A DNA stretch of 64,000 nt from Tubiluchus corallicola (lineage: Eukaryota; Animalia; Priapulida), in assembly GCA_030141605.1 (NCBI GenBank), contig JAQGDQ010000126.1, forward strand, positions 310,001 to 374,000, read 5' to 3'. Below, piece after piece: positions 12,601 through 22,331 of the stretch (within the stretch, counting starts at the first letter, position 1; each line of letters starts with the position of its first letter). Under the pieces are notes generated by a model. The model had not been told where the DNA came from and made no database searches. It was given only the letters and a program-made list of their open reading frames with translations. The position numbers were made by a program, and so were the translations under genes.

Positions 12601-13299
12601 AAAAAAGTAGTTACCGTAAGTGTCCTGCAAATACGTAAACGGAGCAAAGATATACTCTTTATCTTTTCATGTACACGTTGTATATGATTATACGATTATA
12701 CCATAATTGTTGGAGACACGTACGCTGGCGAATATCTGTTTTAGTTGTCTTGTATAACGCAATCACTCAAATCAGACAGGCAAAAAGTTGTTTTGTTTAT
12801 CTGCAGTTTTTAGAATACGTGTTTTGCCTAAAGTATTTTACAGTATTGTTGTTGTTGTTGTCATCATCATCATCATCATCCTCTTCCTCCTCCTCTTACT
12901 CATCATAGTCATCATCATTATCAGCATCATCACCATCCATTAGTCGTCATTATCGTCGTCGTCACAGTCGCCATCATTTTAAAAAAATTAAAAAAATTGC
13001 AGGCAATATGATTTCCTGCTCTTCTCATATAACTTTAATACATTCACAGGCAATTTAATAAGCTCGTTTAGTTTTGTTTACTTAATTATTGTACTACTGA
13101 TGACTATGATTTTTGCAGGAAAGATAAATGGTTTGGTAGGCGAGATTGTCCTGGTGACGACGCATGCGCCGGTAGAGACAGAAATGTGATGGATACTAAG
13201 AAAACCATGTTGGCGTTCATAATTCTGCTTGTTGGATGGGGACTAAGCATCGTAGTTTTAATAATAGAAATCAAAGTCTATAAAAAATTACATTCGTAA
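3319..13299 (+). CDS. Pentraxin domain-ionotropic glutamate receptor fusion protein; 9 coding exons, 679 aa: join(3319..3647,4382..4809,5137..5201,5598..5759,6382..6611,7193..7314,7991..8283,9313..9542,13119..13299)
   Basis: All 8 introns are GT-AG with compatible phases (2,1,0,0,2,1,0,2); the exons total 2040 nt with no internal stop. Exons 1-2 carry pentraxin motifs and exons 3-9 carry iGluR motifs in canonical order. The start is uncertain because a possible acceptor (ttttcag) ends at 3341. Confidence 0.85.
4382..4809 (+). CDS. Exon 2: C-half of pentraxin domain
   Basis: NGEWHAVCATWWNLDGGWSVFVDG (pentraxin HxCxTW signature), IKSGGFLIIGQDVD, FQSFTGVLSDLQIFSYAM, C..GDIISW; acceptor catttcag|, donor aaag|gtaggg. 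Confidence 0.9.
5137..5201 (+). CDS. Exon 3: linker and first strand of the iGluR S1 ligand-binding segment
   Basis: ttgcag|..GKVLRPYWLVEPPGPYAVGVTM|gtaacc; open in the phase set by exon 2; aligns with the iGluR 'TLIVTT' strand. Confidence 0.7.
5598..5759 (+). CDS. Exon 4: iGluR S1
   Basis: QQPFLMVNDVNLVGFTVDLMDAISMGGQYFTYKFVIF...GALCKLSLG, compare AMPA/kainate EEPYVM...EGYCVDL...FKYKL...GMVGELVYG; ctgcag| and |gtgagt. Confidence 0.85.
6382..6611 (+). CDS. Exon 5: end of S1 and M1 helix
   Basis: VIDILAAPTTMTKERREVVTFTRKYMTFGLTMIIKIP, compare [36 protein letters not shown]; followed by hydrophobic M1 (WLTWLLTIGSFILMAVTMCII). Confidence 0.93.
7193..7314 (+). CDS. Exon 6: M1-M2 loop and pore loop (Q at the Q/R site)
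   Basis: RMDPYE...EFGAEGSMYWLSSMILQQG, compare RFSPYEW...EFGIFNSLWFSLGAFMQQG; cacacag| and caag|gtatga. Confidence 0.93.
7991..8283 (+). CDS. Exon 7: M3 helix and start of S2
   Basis: PVSRAGRVLLVTWWIFSLFMLLSYAVNLISN...IHSIEDLLKQDDLEFGCVEGYATEEFFRAS, compare [31 protein letters not shown]...[30 protein letters not shown]. Confidence 0.95.
9313..9542 (+). CDS. Exon 8: S2 ligand-binding segment
   Basis: Absent from the ORF track. Hand translation: TKSIDEGYNRVKQGGYVFFLESVYAEYLANKDCSIIILGDPINEESFGLATPELSLENTLLSVRLEHLLMDGTIQNL, compare EGVARVRK..YAYLLESTMNEY...C...VG...GYGIATP; tacag| and ct|gtaagt. Confidence 0.93.
9798..10078. repeat. Tandem duplication, 2 x ~143 bp, intronic
   Basis: acttatatgtg...gtcatgatcgtgaacc...gagccgaaacacggattttcct occurs twice at an offset of 143. 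Confidence 0.92.
13119..13299 (+). CDS. Exon 9: end of S2, M4 helix, short C-tail, stop
   Basis: ttttgcag|g then KDKWFGRRDCPGDDACAGRDRNVMDTKKTMLAFIILLVGWGLSIVVLIIEIKVYKKLHS*, compare LKNKWWYDKGEC...[20 protein letters not shown]. Confidence 0.92.
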
Positions 13300-13842
13300 C
13301 GTTGGTATGCAAAATTGAAATTTTAGCAATTCCAAAAAATAATACAAAGGGTGATTAAATCGATCCATTTGTTGTTTATGTTGAAGATGAATTTTGCTAT
13401 TTCGCCAGAGTAAAAACTGATTGAATTTCAAGTTTTGAAAGCTGTCAAATTAAAAATGGTCAGTTCTCTCTGCACCGCTGGTATAAAAGACGTTTTTGTC
13501 GCTTTATTTTTTGGCAGCTAATATCGTTACCAAAAAAGCTATAACGGCCATCTAAAGTATTACAGTTTTAGTGAAGACTTGTATCAATCTGTTTGAATGT
13601 TTCTGCATCATTTGCAAAACACTAAGCCTTATAACATGCCTTATAACACAGACCGAAACATTTAAATTAATTGACACTTCAATGACGCTTTCAGTGGTCG
13701 TTGTGGCAATTTTCTTGCTGAAATTTATAATTTCCAGATGATTGATCTCCAACTGATATTTATGCTGTTAACACGACTGTGTTTGTGGTAGGGCATTATA
13801 AGCTCATACAGCTAGTAAAATTAAGTGATGCGTCGTTTAATA

Positions 13843-13957
13843 GCGCGTTTAGACGTAGAGACTTCTCTGGCAACTTGTTGCGCAACTTCTCTCTGAGCTG
13901 CTAAGCCATTCACACGTTGCAACAAGTTGCGAGAAATGTCTCTACGTCTGAACGCGC
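13843..13957. mobile_element. Short palindromic MITE (PIF/Harbinger-like termini)
   Basis: gcgcgtttagacgtagagac-ttctc..gcaacttgttgc pairs with gcaacaagttgcgagaaatgtctctacgtctgaacgcgc. Superfamily is tentative and the TSD is not clear. Confidence 0.7.
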
Positions 13958-16688
13958 CATAAAATTTGCAACAGGTATTTTAAAATCGATAAGTTTGCGA
14001 AGACTTTCTAAATGGTGTTGATAAAGTTATTAAATATAAAACTATTCAGAAGCGTTTGGCAAATTCCATTCATTTTTAAAACAGTACACTAAAAGTGTCC
14101 TGATTTTTAGATAGACCAATTATCACTGAAACAATTTTACTTGAAACTAGCAGGCACAAATTAAAAAAAAATCAAAATTATTTTTTTCTAAATTGCTTTC
14201 GGAAACAGTGTATTGGTAGGCTTCCTGAAGCTGTGGATCATCTACTAGTTTTACGCTAAGTCTTGACAAAAAGCTTTTATATTGCAAAAAAATAAATACT
14301 AATAATTACTCGAGTAGAAAGTTCGCGTGATTTTTTTGGTATTAGTTATTGATACGAACAGTAGACCATAATTAATCGCGTATTGACACAGCATATTCAT
14401 AATAATTCAATTCAGCACGTAAGTAGTTTATATTTAATTTAACGTCGATTATGAGAAATAACGTCGATTATGTGACAGAAGTGCTAATGGACAAATTGAT
14501 GCCACTCGACGGTTGATGTGAAAATCTGAAAGTGAAGCGAAACGCATTACTCGCTGAGGGGTACGAAGTTCATCGCCATTAGTCGCCAGAAAAAGAAGAG
14601 TTTGACAATTAAGTTTATAAGCTCACATTTTAATTTCTGCAATATTTATTTAGGGAACGTTATTAAAATGTCAATGAAATAATTATTTTCATGGTGCAGC
14701 AAAATGCTCATGTCTCAATATTAAAGTTTATCTTTTAAATAAAATAAACTAGCCAAGGTTCGTGTAACGTATTAAACAAATGAAGATCAAATCTTGATTG
14801 GGCTAGGATCACGCAAAAGAAGCAAAAAAAAAAATTAATTTTAACAAGAACGGTTCATAGGCCGCAACTCATTATTTTCTTGAATTGTAACTGTTTCCAA
14901 GACAGTTTTGGTTTTAATTGTGGCTGATCTGTTGTCATATGGACAAGAACATACTATATTTTTGAGTCATAATGAAAAGTTGATGTGCAAAATGACCACT
15001 TGTGCAAATAAGATAACTATATTATGTGACACACTACGCTTGCACCTCAACTGGGACTCCAACCCAAGTCCTGCTTTCTGGGCAGCTAGGTTAACTGTTG
15101 ATATTAGCACCATAGAGAGGTTCACTGACTTACAAAGGTAGGTTATGGGCCACTAGAGGTAACTAACCAATAATTGATAGTCAATTTGGTTGCCAGTTAG
15201 AGGCGAGGAGAATAACTGAGTGGCAGCCGAGCGAAGTTAAGGAACGCTGGGCCTTGGATAAAGGCATAGAGAACTTATCGTGAAAACAGCTTCTAAAGGT
15301 ACATCAGAACAAGATCCAAAAACCACTATAGAATAAACATACCCAGCCTGCCATAACCAAGTACATTATTAGGCCGTGTCGGTAAATGCTGCATCCTGTC
15401 TTGGTATTCACTAAACCTTGTAAAAATGCTGCTGCTGTGACGAGTGTATATTACATGTAAAAACGACTATTAAATTCAAGTTTATTAAATAGTTGTAAAT
15501 ATTTCAGATTTTCAGTTGTGCAACTATAAAGTCTAACAGTGTAATGGTCAGTAAATGTTAAGTACTTTGTGAATTATTTAAAGCTCAAGAATTTGAGTTA
15601 GTTGGACACATTACATCCGTTGAAACACATCTCCAGGCGCGAGAACAATGAGACCGTCAAAAAGTTGTATTTTAAAAAAATGTCGTGTGTCGTCAGCGGC
15701 GCCTGCAGTCATCACTTGGTATTGGTATAATTCACCTGGAGTTGGTATAATTTACTCGTAATGAGCATTAAACAATTTTCGGTTTAGCGGGAACAGGTCT
15801 TCTCTTGTTTGTTTGTTTGTTCGTTCATTCGTGTGTGTGTGTGTGTGCGTGCGGGCGTGTACGTGTACGTGTGCGTGTTCGCGCGTGCGCGAGGTGTGCG
15901 CACGCTGTCATCTTTTCATGCTTCAATTCTGTAACTATTGTTTGCAAAATCTTCAGTTTCTCCCTACGTCGGAAACATTGTAGTCAAATGTTAGTTTACA
16001 AACTCACTTAACCCTTAACCACCATGGCTACAAGTGAACGTAATTTTCAAACGGCAGAAACATTCCATGAGAGCTTTGCATGTGATTGTTAAAGCGGAAT
16101 TTGAAGTACAGCACTATTATACACTGTAGACCGCTCGTGATTTAAACCAACTCGGCAAATTTTAAATTTAAACATTTAGATTCCAAGATTGTCGGTATGC
16201 CAGCATGCGTTTTCACGACGTATCTAAATGTAGCAAATGCAGTAAAGGGCTGTTTTTCTGAGTGACAAAATACCAGCAATTAACCAATGATGTTAATGAC
16301 TTTATGGTCAGCCTGGGACAAAAAGCAGCCGGCTATTGATTGTTGCCTATACAGAAATATGGTTGGGTTGAAGGGATGACGAGCATAAAAGCTGCTTACA
16401 GCACCAGGCCCTTTTTAAGAAAGAAGTTCACGTGGCAAAACTTGACATGCTTAATGATAGACACATCAGTTCTACAATTTCTACAATCCAGTGTTATATA
16501 TATATATATATATTTTGAAAACTGTATTACTTACTTCACGCTATTTACTTAGCCCGTATATTTGCTTAATTTAAGACATTGACTTAGTCACTTCACGCAT
16601 TCTGTACAATGCCTGGGTATCTAGAAAAGTTAAATTGAACACGAATTACGTTCATTTTACACTTTGTCAAAAGTATAGATGGTACATT

Positions 16689-16890
16689 ATACAAAATGTC
16701 TAAAAAAGTATGAAACTGTCACACAAAATGCCTAAGAAAAGTGTGAGAGTAGCTAACAAAATGTTCAGGGAATGTGTGAATGTGTCATGCAAAATGCCTA
16801 AGAAACGTGTGAAAGCGTCATGCAAAATGCCTAAGAAACGTGTGAAAGCGTCATACAAAATGTCTAGGAAAAGTGTGAAAGTGTCACATT
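16689..16890. repeat. 33-bp minisatellite, ~6 copies
   Basis: Unit ~caaaatgcctaagaaacgtgtgaaagcgtcatg; explains the KMPKKRVKASC repeat ORF. Confidence 0.92.
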
Positions 16891-17091
16891 AAAAAATGTT
16901 TCACACTTTGCCTGAAATGTGCAAGCAATATATAAAATGACATTTTTCATTATTTTACTAGGTGTTTTATAAAGCTCCACATTTTGCGCATTGTCCATCC
17001 TAGGAAACGTAGTTGTTATCTGGCATTCGGGCATCACAGTTACACAATCTAAAGAAGTTGAAAAATTTCAAGAAAGGATGCAAAATAATAT

Positions 17092-17096
<5 letters not shown>

Positions 17097-17172
<76 letters not shown>
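17097..17172. repeat. (AAT)n microsatellite
   Basis: About 25 units. Confidence 0.97.
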
Positions 17173-17569
17173 GAACATACCAAAACTCACTTATCGATTT
17201 AAAACTTTAGTTACTGGAAAAGCGGCGAACTAAACTGTGTTTCAAATTTTGACGCAAATTAACCAAGGGGTTTTTATTTTACGATAAAGACCGAGCGACG
17301 TAACAAATTATTCCATGAAAGTTTTGCTAAAATGTGTTGCTAACGGGACAGAATGACCAAATGGCAATCGCGATGCTCCTGGTAGTACAATAACCAAGTT
17401 CTCCGGGCCGCAACAAGTTGGCATAGATATATGAGGGCACCAAAGACAAAAACATGTGTTCCAGCATATTGTTTATGTGTGGCTTATCAAGTCTAGTGAC
17501 AATTCTTCTAATAGGTTAATAAAAGGTTCCCTGTTTAATTTTTAGACATTCACATCAACCAGACGGCAA

Positions 17570-17836
17570 AACGTCGGCTTCCCATCTGAGAGATCGTGAG
17601 TTCGATACCGCAGCTGAGTCACGCCAAAGACTTTAAAAAATGGTACCTGCTGCTACCCTGCCTGGCGCGTGGAATTTAGGGTAAAAGTGGGGTAATAATA
17701 GTCTCTGTTATGTTGTTGTAGTTTGTTATTTGCAGAGCAATAATAGCTCTTTGAGCTAATGCTAATTGTTCATCCAAAAGCCGACATGCCGACGTTAAAT
17801 ATTCTTGTTGTTGTTGTTGTTGTTATTGTTATTGTT
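17570..17836 (+). mobile_element. tRNA-derived SINE, 5'-truncated
   Basis: B-box-like GAGTTCGATACC at 17598, a core (gagtcacgccaaagactttaaaaaatggtacctgctgctaccctgcctggc) resembling widespread metazoan SINE central domains, and a (TTG)n tail. Confidence 0.6.
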
Positions 17837-18420
17837 TCGTCTCAGTTGTCAAGGTAAACATAAGGTGCTGCCAGAAAGAAAAATACTGCTATGTGTTCTC
17901 CAAACTTTTTCCTACATAAAAGACAAGAGGGTAATAATACCCCACATAAGGTACTATCTGGCACTCGTGCTTTGTAAAAAAAGCATGAATAGTAGTTTTC
18001 AACAAAACCAAGGTATGGTTGCATAACAAACTGAAAAATATTTAATCATCCCCATTTTGAAAATTTTTCGTTGTATGCATCAATATAAAAAATGTGAGCA
18101 AACATGCTGGGCTAATGTTGGCTAAGGGTTAAAAATTCAAAACACGATAATTTTAGCTTTCAATTAGTTTGCGTATTTAGTTAGACTATTGCACGGTAAA
18201 GATCAGAGAAAATCAAACGAAATGTTTGGTGGTTGGTTTGTATTACTCGTATTTGTTCATAACATATGATATTTTTAGATAAATGTATTTTTGTGTAAAT
18301 TGCGTGGATAATTAAATTTGCTTAGTAAATTATTTGTGGCTTCTTAAATTTCAAATTATTTTTTGCTATTTTAGCAAGCTGCACAGTAATTTGGTTTTAA
18401 CTGTAATGTTTGTTTTAATA

Positions 18421-18630
18421 AACTTACTTCTTACTTACTTATTTACTTACTCACTCACTCACTTACTAATTAACTTACTTACTCCCTACCTACCTCCCTC
18501 CCTCCCTCCCTCCCTCTCTATCCTCACTCACTCACTCATTCGCTCGCTCGCACGCACGCACGCACTCACACTCACTCACTCACTCACTCACTCACCCCTC
18601 TCTCCCCCGTCCTTTCTCACCCCCCTCTTC
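18421..18630. repeat. Compound tetranucleotide microsatellite (ACTT/CACT/CCCT)
   Basis: Runs of actt, cact, ccct and cgca directly visible. Confidence 0.9.
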
Positions 18631-18894
18631 TCGAATATAAATATGGTGCATATAGCAAACTCAGCGGTTTTACATACATATTGTACAAAGCCAGCAGGAA
18701 ATACAGAAACAGTACAGAAAATTGCAATCGTTCCTGGATAGCTGCACCGCTAACGCTGTAACAATTACCGTGTTCATGAAACCCGTCTTGATTACTCTGG
18801 CTTCATTTGATGTAGGAGTCACACAGTGCAAGTCGCTTTACAGCAAAGTGGTTTTAGCTTGTGCTCACTTCTCGCGTAACAGAAATACAATCAG

Positions 18895-19206
18895 GTAAAG
18901 GCGTTGAGTCTCAGAAAATTTAATCGTAGAACAAATTTTCGAAAGTGTTTGTACCTTACGTAGTAACATTCGTTTTTGAGTATGTGTTACAAACTTGATT
19001 ATTTCATTTGTGAAGGTTTGCTACATAATTATATCTGAAGTGCGATATAATATCATGTATACCAAATCCACTTCAGTTTGCCGTCTATGTCTTGAAAAAT
19101 TGTTCATTCTAACCGAAACAAAAAAAAATTCACTATGTCCGCTTATTCAGTTTGGCAATACAAAAATAAAGTGAAATTAACCTATTTATTCTGTTATTAT
19201 GTTCAG
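18895..19206 (+). other. Probable 5'UTR intron of the amine receptor
   Basis: Donor tcag|gtaaag at 18895 and acceptor ttattatgttcag| at 19206, 200 nt upstream of the ATG. Confidence 0.4.
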
Positions 19207-19408
19207 ATGGAATCAGCTAGATAGGAAGTGAGAAAATCCGGAAAATCCGTGCGTAAGTTGACATTTTGCAGGGCAGAGCTCCTGGTTTCTGATAATAAGA
19301 TTTTGCACTGATTATACAATGCGAAGGTATGCTATTTAAGTTTTTGAGACACTGTACTGTGTGACTAAGTGACAGCAATGACTACATAATGAGGAGGTGA
19401 ATGTGAAC

Positions 19409-21016
19409 ATGGCAAATTGTTCAGTGGAAGTCAACATAACGTCGCTGTGTTACACTCATTCAGTTACCACAACGGTTGAATTTGGTTACGACGATGTTCT
19501 GATAATTGCAGCTTGTTGCCTCCTGATCATTTGTGCATTAGTGGGAAACTTGCTGGTCATTGTCGCTGTCGCCACTAATCGTCGCCTACGGTCAGTGACA
19601 AATTGCTTCGTGGTTTCTCTGGCGGCTGCTGATGCTTTGGTGGCAGTTCTCGTGATGCCCATGGCTACTGCAGAAGAAGTTACCAATACGTGGGTGTTTG
19701 GTCGGTTTATGTGTGACGTCTACACATCAATGGATGTAATGATGTGCACTGCATCAATACTTAATCTGTGTTGCATTAGCGTTGATAGATATCTGGCAAT
19801 AACAAGACCATTAATGTATGTAACGAAGCGTACTAAGAAGCTTGCGTTGATTATGGTAACAGTGGCTTGGCTACTGTCTGCTGTTATAATACTTCCTGCT
19901 GTTGTGGGATGGAAGGACAAGGAGTATGGTTTAGACGATACAGTGTGTTATATACCACGTGCACCTGGTTTCGTGGTTTACTCTGCTTGTGGCTCATTTT
20001 TCATTCCAATGGTTATCATGCTTTATATGTATTACAGAATATTTCGTGTTGCAAATAATCGCGAGAAGTACCTCACATCATACACCCGCCACTTGTCTGG
20101 AAAATATGGCTCTAATTCTGGCAATGAAGATGCCAGTTTAAGTGACATCAGTGCTAGTAACAAAAATCTTAACGAAGATAAGGGCAGTGGCTCACGGGGT
20201 ATAACAATGGAGAAATCAAAATTCAGTTTTTACCGTTTCCAACCAAAGCGACTGTGTGAAGTGTACCTATTGCGGGCTGTTAGTGCAAAATGTTCCACCA
20301 AATGTGAATCCATTCCGCTTGGCAAAGATTCTGTAGAATTAAACATTTGTGCCCAATCTCCAAAATCTTGCAGGACTGGAGAAAGTTCTTTGACGGTCAG
20401 AAACATGCATGTACAACATTCCACGTCTTGCCCCGGTTCATTTAATAGGCCAATCAGTCAACGAAGTGGCAATTTAATTTCACTTGAACGTGATGTTCCG
20501 TGGAAAGAATCACCTCAAAATACCAACCCGAGTCAATCTGTGGAAGACGACCGTGACACTGAAAAAACAAAAGCCAAAGAACAAGCAATTTTTAAAAAGG
20601 AGCACAAGGCAGCAAAAACGCTTGCTATAGTAGTTGGAGCGTTCACAGTGTGTTGGATGCCTTTCTTTGCACTGTACGTAGTTAAACCTTTCTGTCAGTG
20701 CGACATTCCACACGCTTGGCTTCGATTCACTGTTTGGTTGGGTTATTTAAACTCAGCCGTCAATCCACTAATTTACGCATTTCATAGTGCAGAGTTTCGA
20801 CACACGTTCTGGTCTCTCACGTGTGCCCTAATTTGCAAACTTTGCAGTTCGAATGCCCCAGAATCGAGCCAACCGACTGTGGTAGGAACAATAGAAAGGA
20901 AAATGGTTTTGCAAACTGCAGAATCTTCTAAATTACACAAGAAAGGCGAAGCACAATATGGCAGTAGGCAACTTAGTAGTGGCGGAAATGCATTGGTAAT
21001 ACCTAATCTTGTCTAA
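19409..21016 (+). CDS. Biogenic amine GPCR, most like alpha-adrenergic-type octopamine receptor; single coding exon, 535 aa
   Basis: Seven TM segments: GNLLV, LAAAD, CDVYTSMDVMMCTASILNLCCISVDRY (Asp3.32), TM5 VYSACGSFFIP (Ser5.42/5.46), long ICL3, KAAKTL...CWMPFF, WLGYLNSAVNPLIY. The first in-frame ATG is 19409; the track's start at 19397 is GTG. Ligand subtype is inferred. Confidence 0.93.
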   Translation: MANCSVEVNITSLCYTHSVTTTVEFGYDDVLIIAACCLLIICALVGNLLVIVAVATNRRLRSVTNCFVVSLAAADALVAVLVMPMATAEEVTNTWVFGRFMCDVYTSMDVMMCTASILNLCCISVDRYLAITRPLMYVTKRTKKLALIMVTVAWLLSAVIILPAVVGWKDKEYGLDDTVCYIPRAPGFVVYSACGSFFIPMVIMLYMYYRIFRVANNREKYLTSYTRHLSGKYGSNSGNEDASLSDISASNKNLNEDKGSGSRGITMEKSKFSFYRFQPKRLCEVYLLRAVSAKCSTKCESIPLGKDSVELNICAQSPKSCRTGESSLTVRNMHVQHSTSCPGSFNRPISQRSGNLISLERDVPWKESPQNTNPSQSVEDDRDTEKTKAKEQAIFKKEHKAAKTLAIVVGAFTVCWMPFFALYVVKPFCQCDIPHAWLRFTVWLGYLNSAVNPLIYAFHSAEFRHTFWSLTCALICKLCSSNAPESSQPTVVGTIERKMVLQTAESSKLHKKGEAQYGSRQLSSGGNALVIPNLV

Positions 21017-21199
21017 ATGTTTGTGAGAAAAGCAAATATTCTAATGTTTGCTACTTTATCAGTCAGCACAGAGATGTTTAAAATAGAAGTTGAATAACAG
21101 TCTAAAATTCTGTCTAACTGTCAGAGTTAAATTTAGTCCAACTAACCAACATACATTATTCCGTGTAATAAAAAAGTAAAAGTCTAATTTCTACATTTG

Positions 21200-22260
21200 G
21201 TAGGTTCGTATTGATAAGGTTTAGAAAAAGTTTGAGTTAGTTTACTCTGTCGAACGCTTTTGGTGCGTCAATAAACAGAATGTGTACAGTGCTTTGTTGA
21301 TTAACGTAATAGTCAAGCACCTCTTTTAAAATATGGATGCACGTCTCTGTGCCAAAGTTTTCAACAAAACCAAACTGGTTTGGCGTGGTACTCAAACAAG
21401 AACTGTAACGATCGAGAAGCAGTATTTCTATAACTTTGCTTCCTACAGATGAAAGAGCGATAGGCCTATAGTTGTTTTTGTCTGTAATATTATCCCCACT
21501 TTTGTCTTTAACGAGAGGCGTACTACCACAGATAACATTAGCGAATGCGGCAGGTAACCGTGTGTTACACAGGACGTGAATAGCAGCGCCAACATGATTG
21601 GCAGCAAATGGGATGAAATACGGAAATGTTCACCTTTAAGTCCGTCTGGACCAGCTGATTTATGTAACGAAAGCTTAGCAATTGCCTCTTGCACTTCAAA
21701 AACTGTAAATGCATTAATGGGTGTTATACGATGGCTCAGAACATATTTTCTGCGCGCGTTGAGAACTGTATTGTCAACTGAATTTAACGAATTTTTTATC
21801 ATGATTACACCACATTGCACATATGTCTTTTTCCCCATTTCTTTCACCAACTTATGGAGAAAGGGGAAGTTTTTGAATTTGTTTCTTTTTTATAGATGTC
21901 CAAAACTCATAATGCATAAGTTTATTAGCCAACTTATCAGCAATAATACGTCTCTCATTACGTTTACACACACGCAAAGCGCGTTTAAACAATGCACGAG
22001 AACGGCGCATTTCGTCAGCTAAGTAGCCATTACGTGGCTTACCATTTATACGCCATGCAAGGAAACACGGGCGAGAATATTTATGACTGTCTGCAACGTA
22101 GTTATTCCAGCCAGGTATCCTCTTATCCAGCAGATATTAGATCCAATTTGCTTCCGTAGAATACTGATAGTGGCTGAAACTTTTAGTACGTTAATATTTT
22201 CATACAGATTAGACAGGTCATTTTGGTGTTGTTCGTTTTCACAGTGCACATTATTACAAA
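21200..22260 (-). mobile_element. Degenerate non-LTR retrotransposon ORF2 (RT) fragment
   Basis: FTVFEVQEAIAKLSLHKSAGPDGLKGEHF...SCVTHGYLP; a YRPIAL-like segment and an NQFGF motif follow across frameshifts. Confidence 0.88.
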
Positions 22261-22263
22261 GTA

Positions 22264-22331
22264 GACTGACTGACTGACTGACTGACTGACTACTGTCTGA
22301 CACTGGCTGATTGACTGAGTGACTGACTGAT
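22264..22331. repeat. (GACT)n microsatellite
   Basis: Repeated gact units. Confidence 0.9.

Larger units (their letters stand above)
16012..18128. mobile_element. piggyBac-like non-autonomous DNA transposon
   Basis: TTAA|CCCTTAACCACCAT ... ATGTTGGCTAAGGG|TTAA: CCC/GGG termini, ~14-bp imperfect TIRs and TTAA target sites; no transposase. Confidence 0.6.

Noticed and set aside
16710-16892. Lys-rich repeat peptide
   Set aside because: Product of a 33-bp minisatellite.
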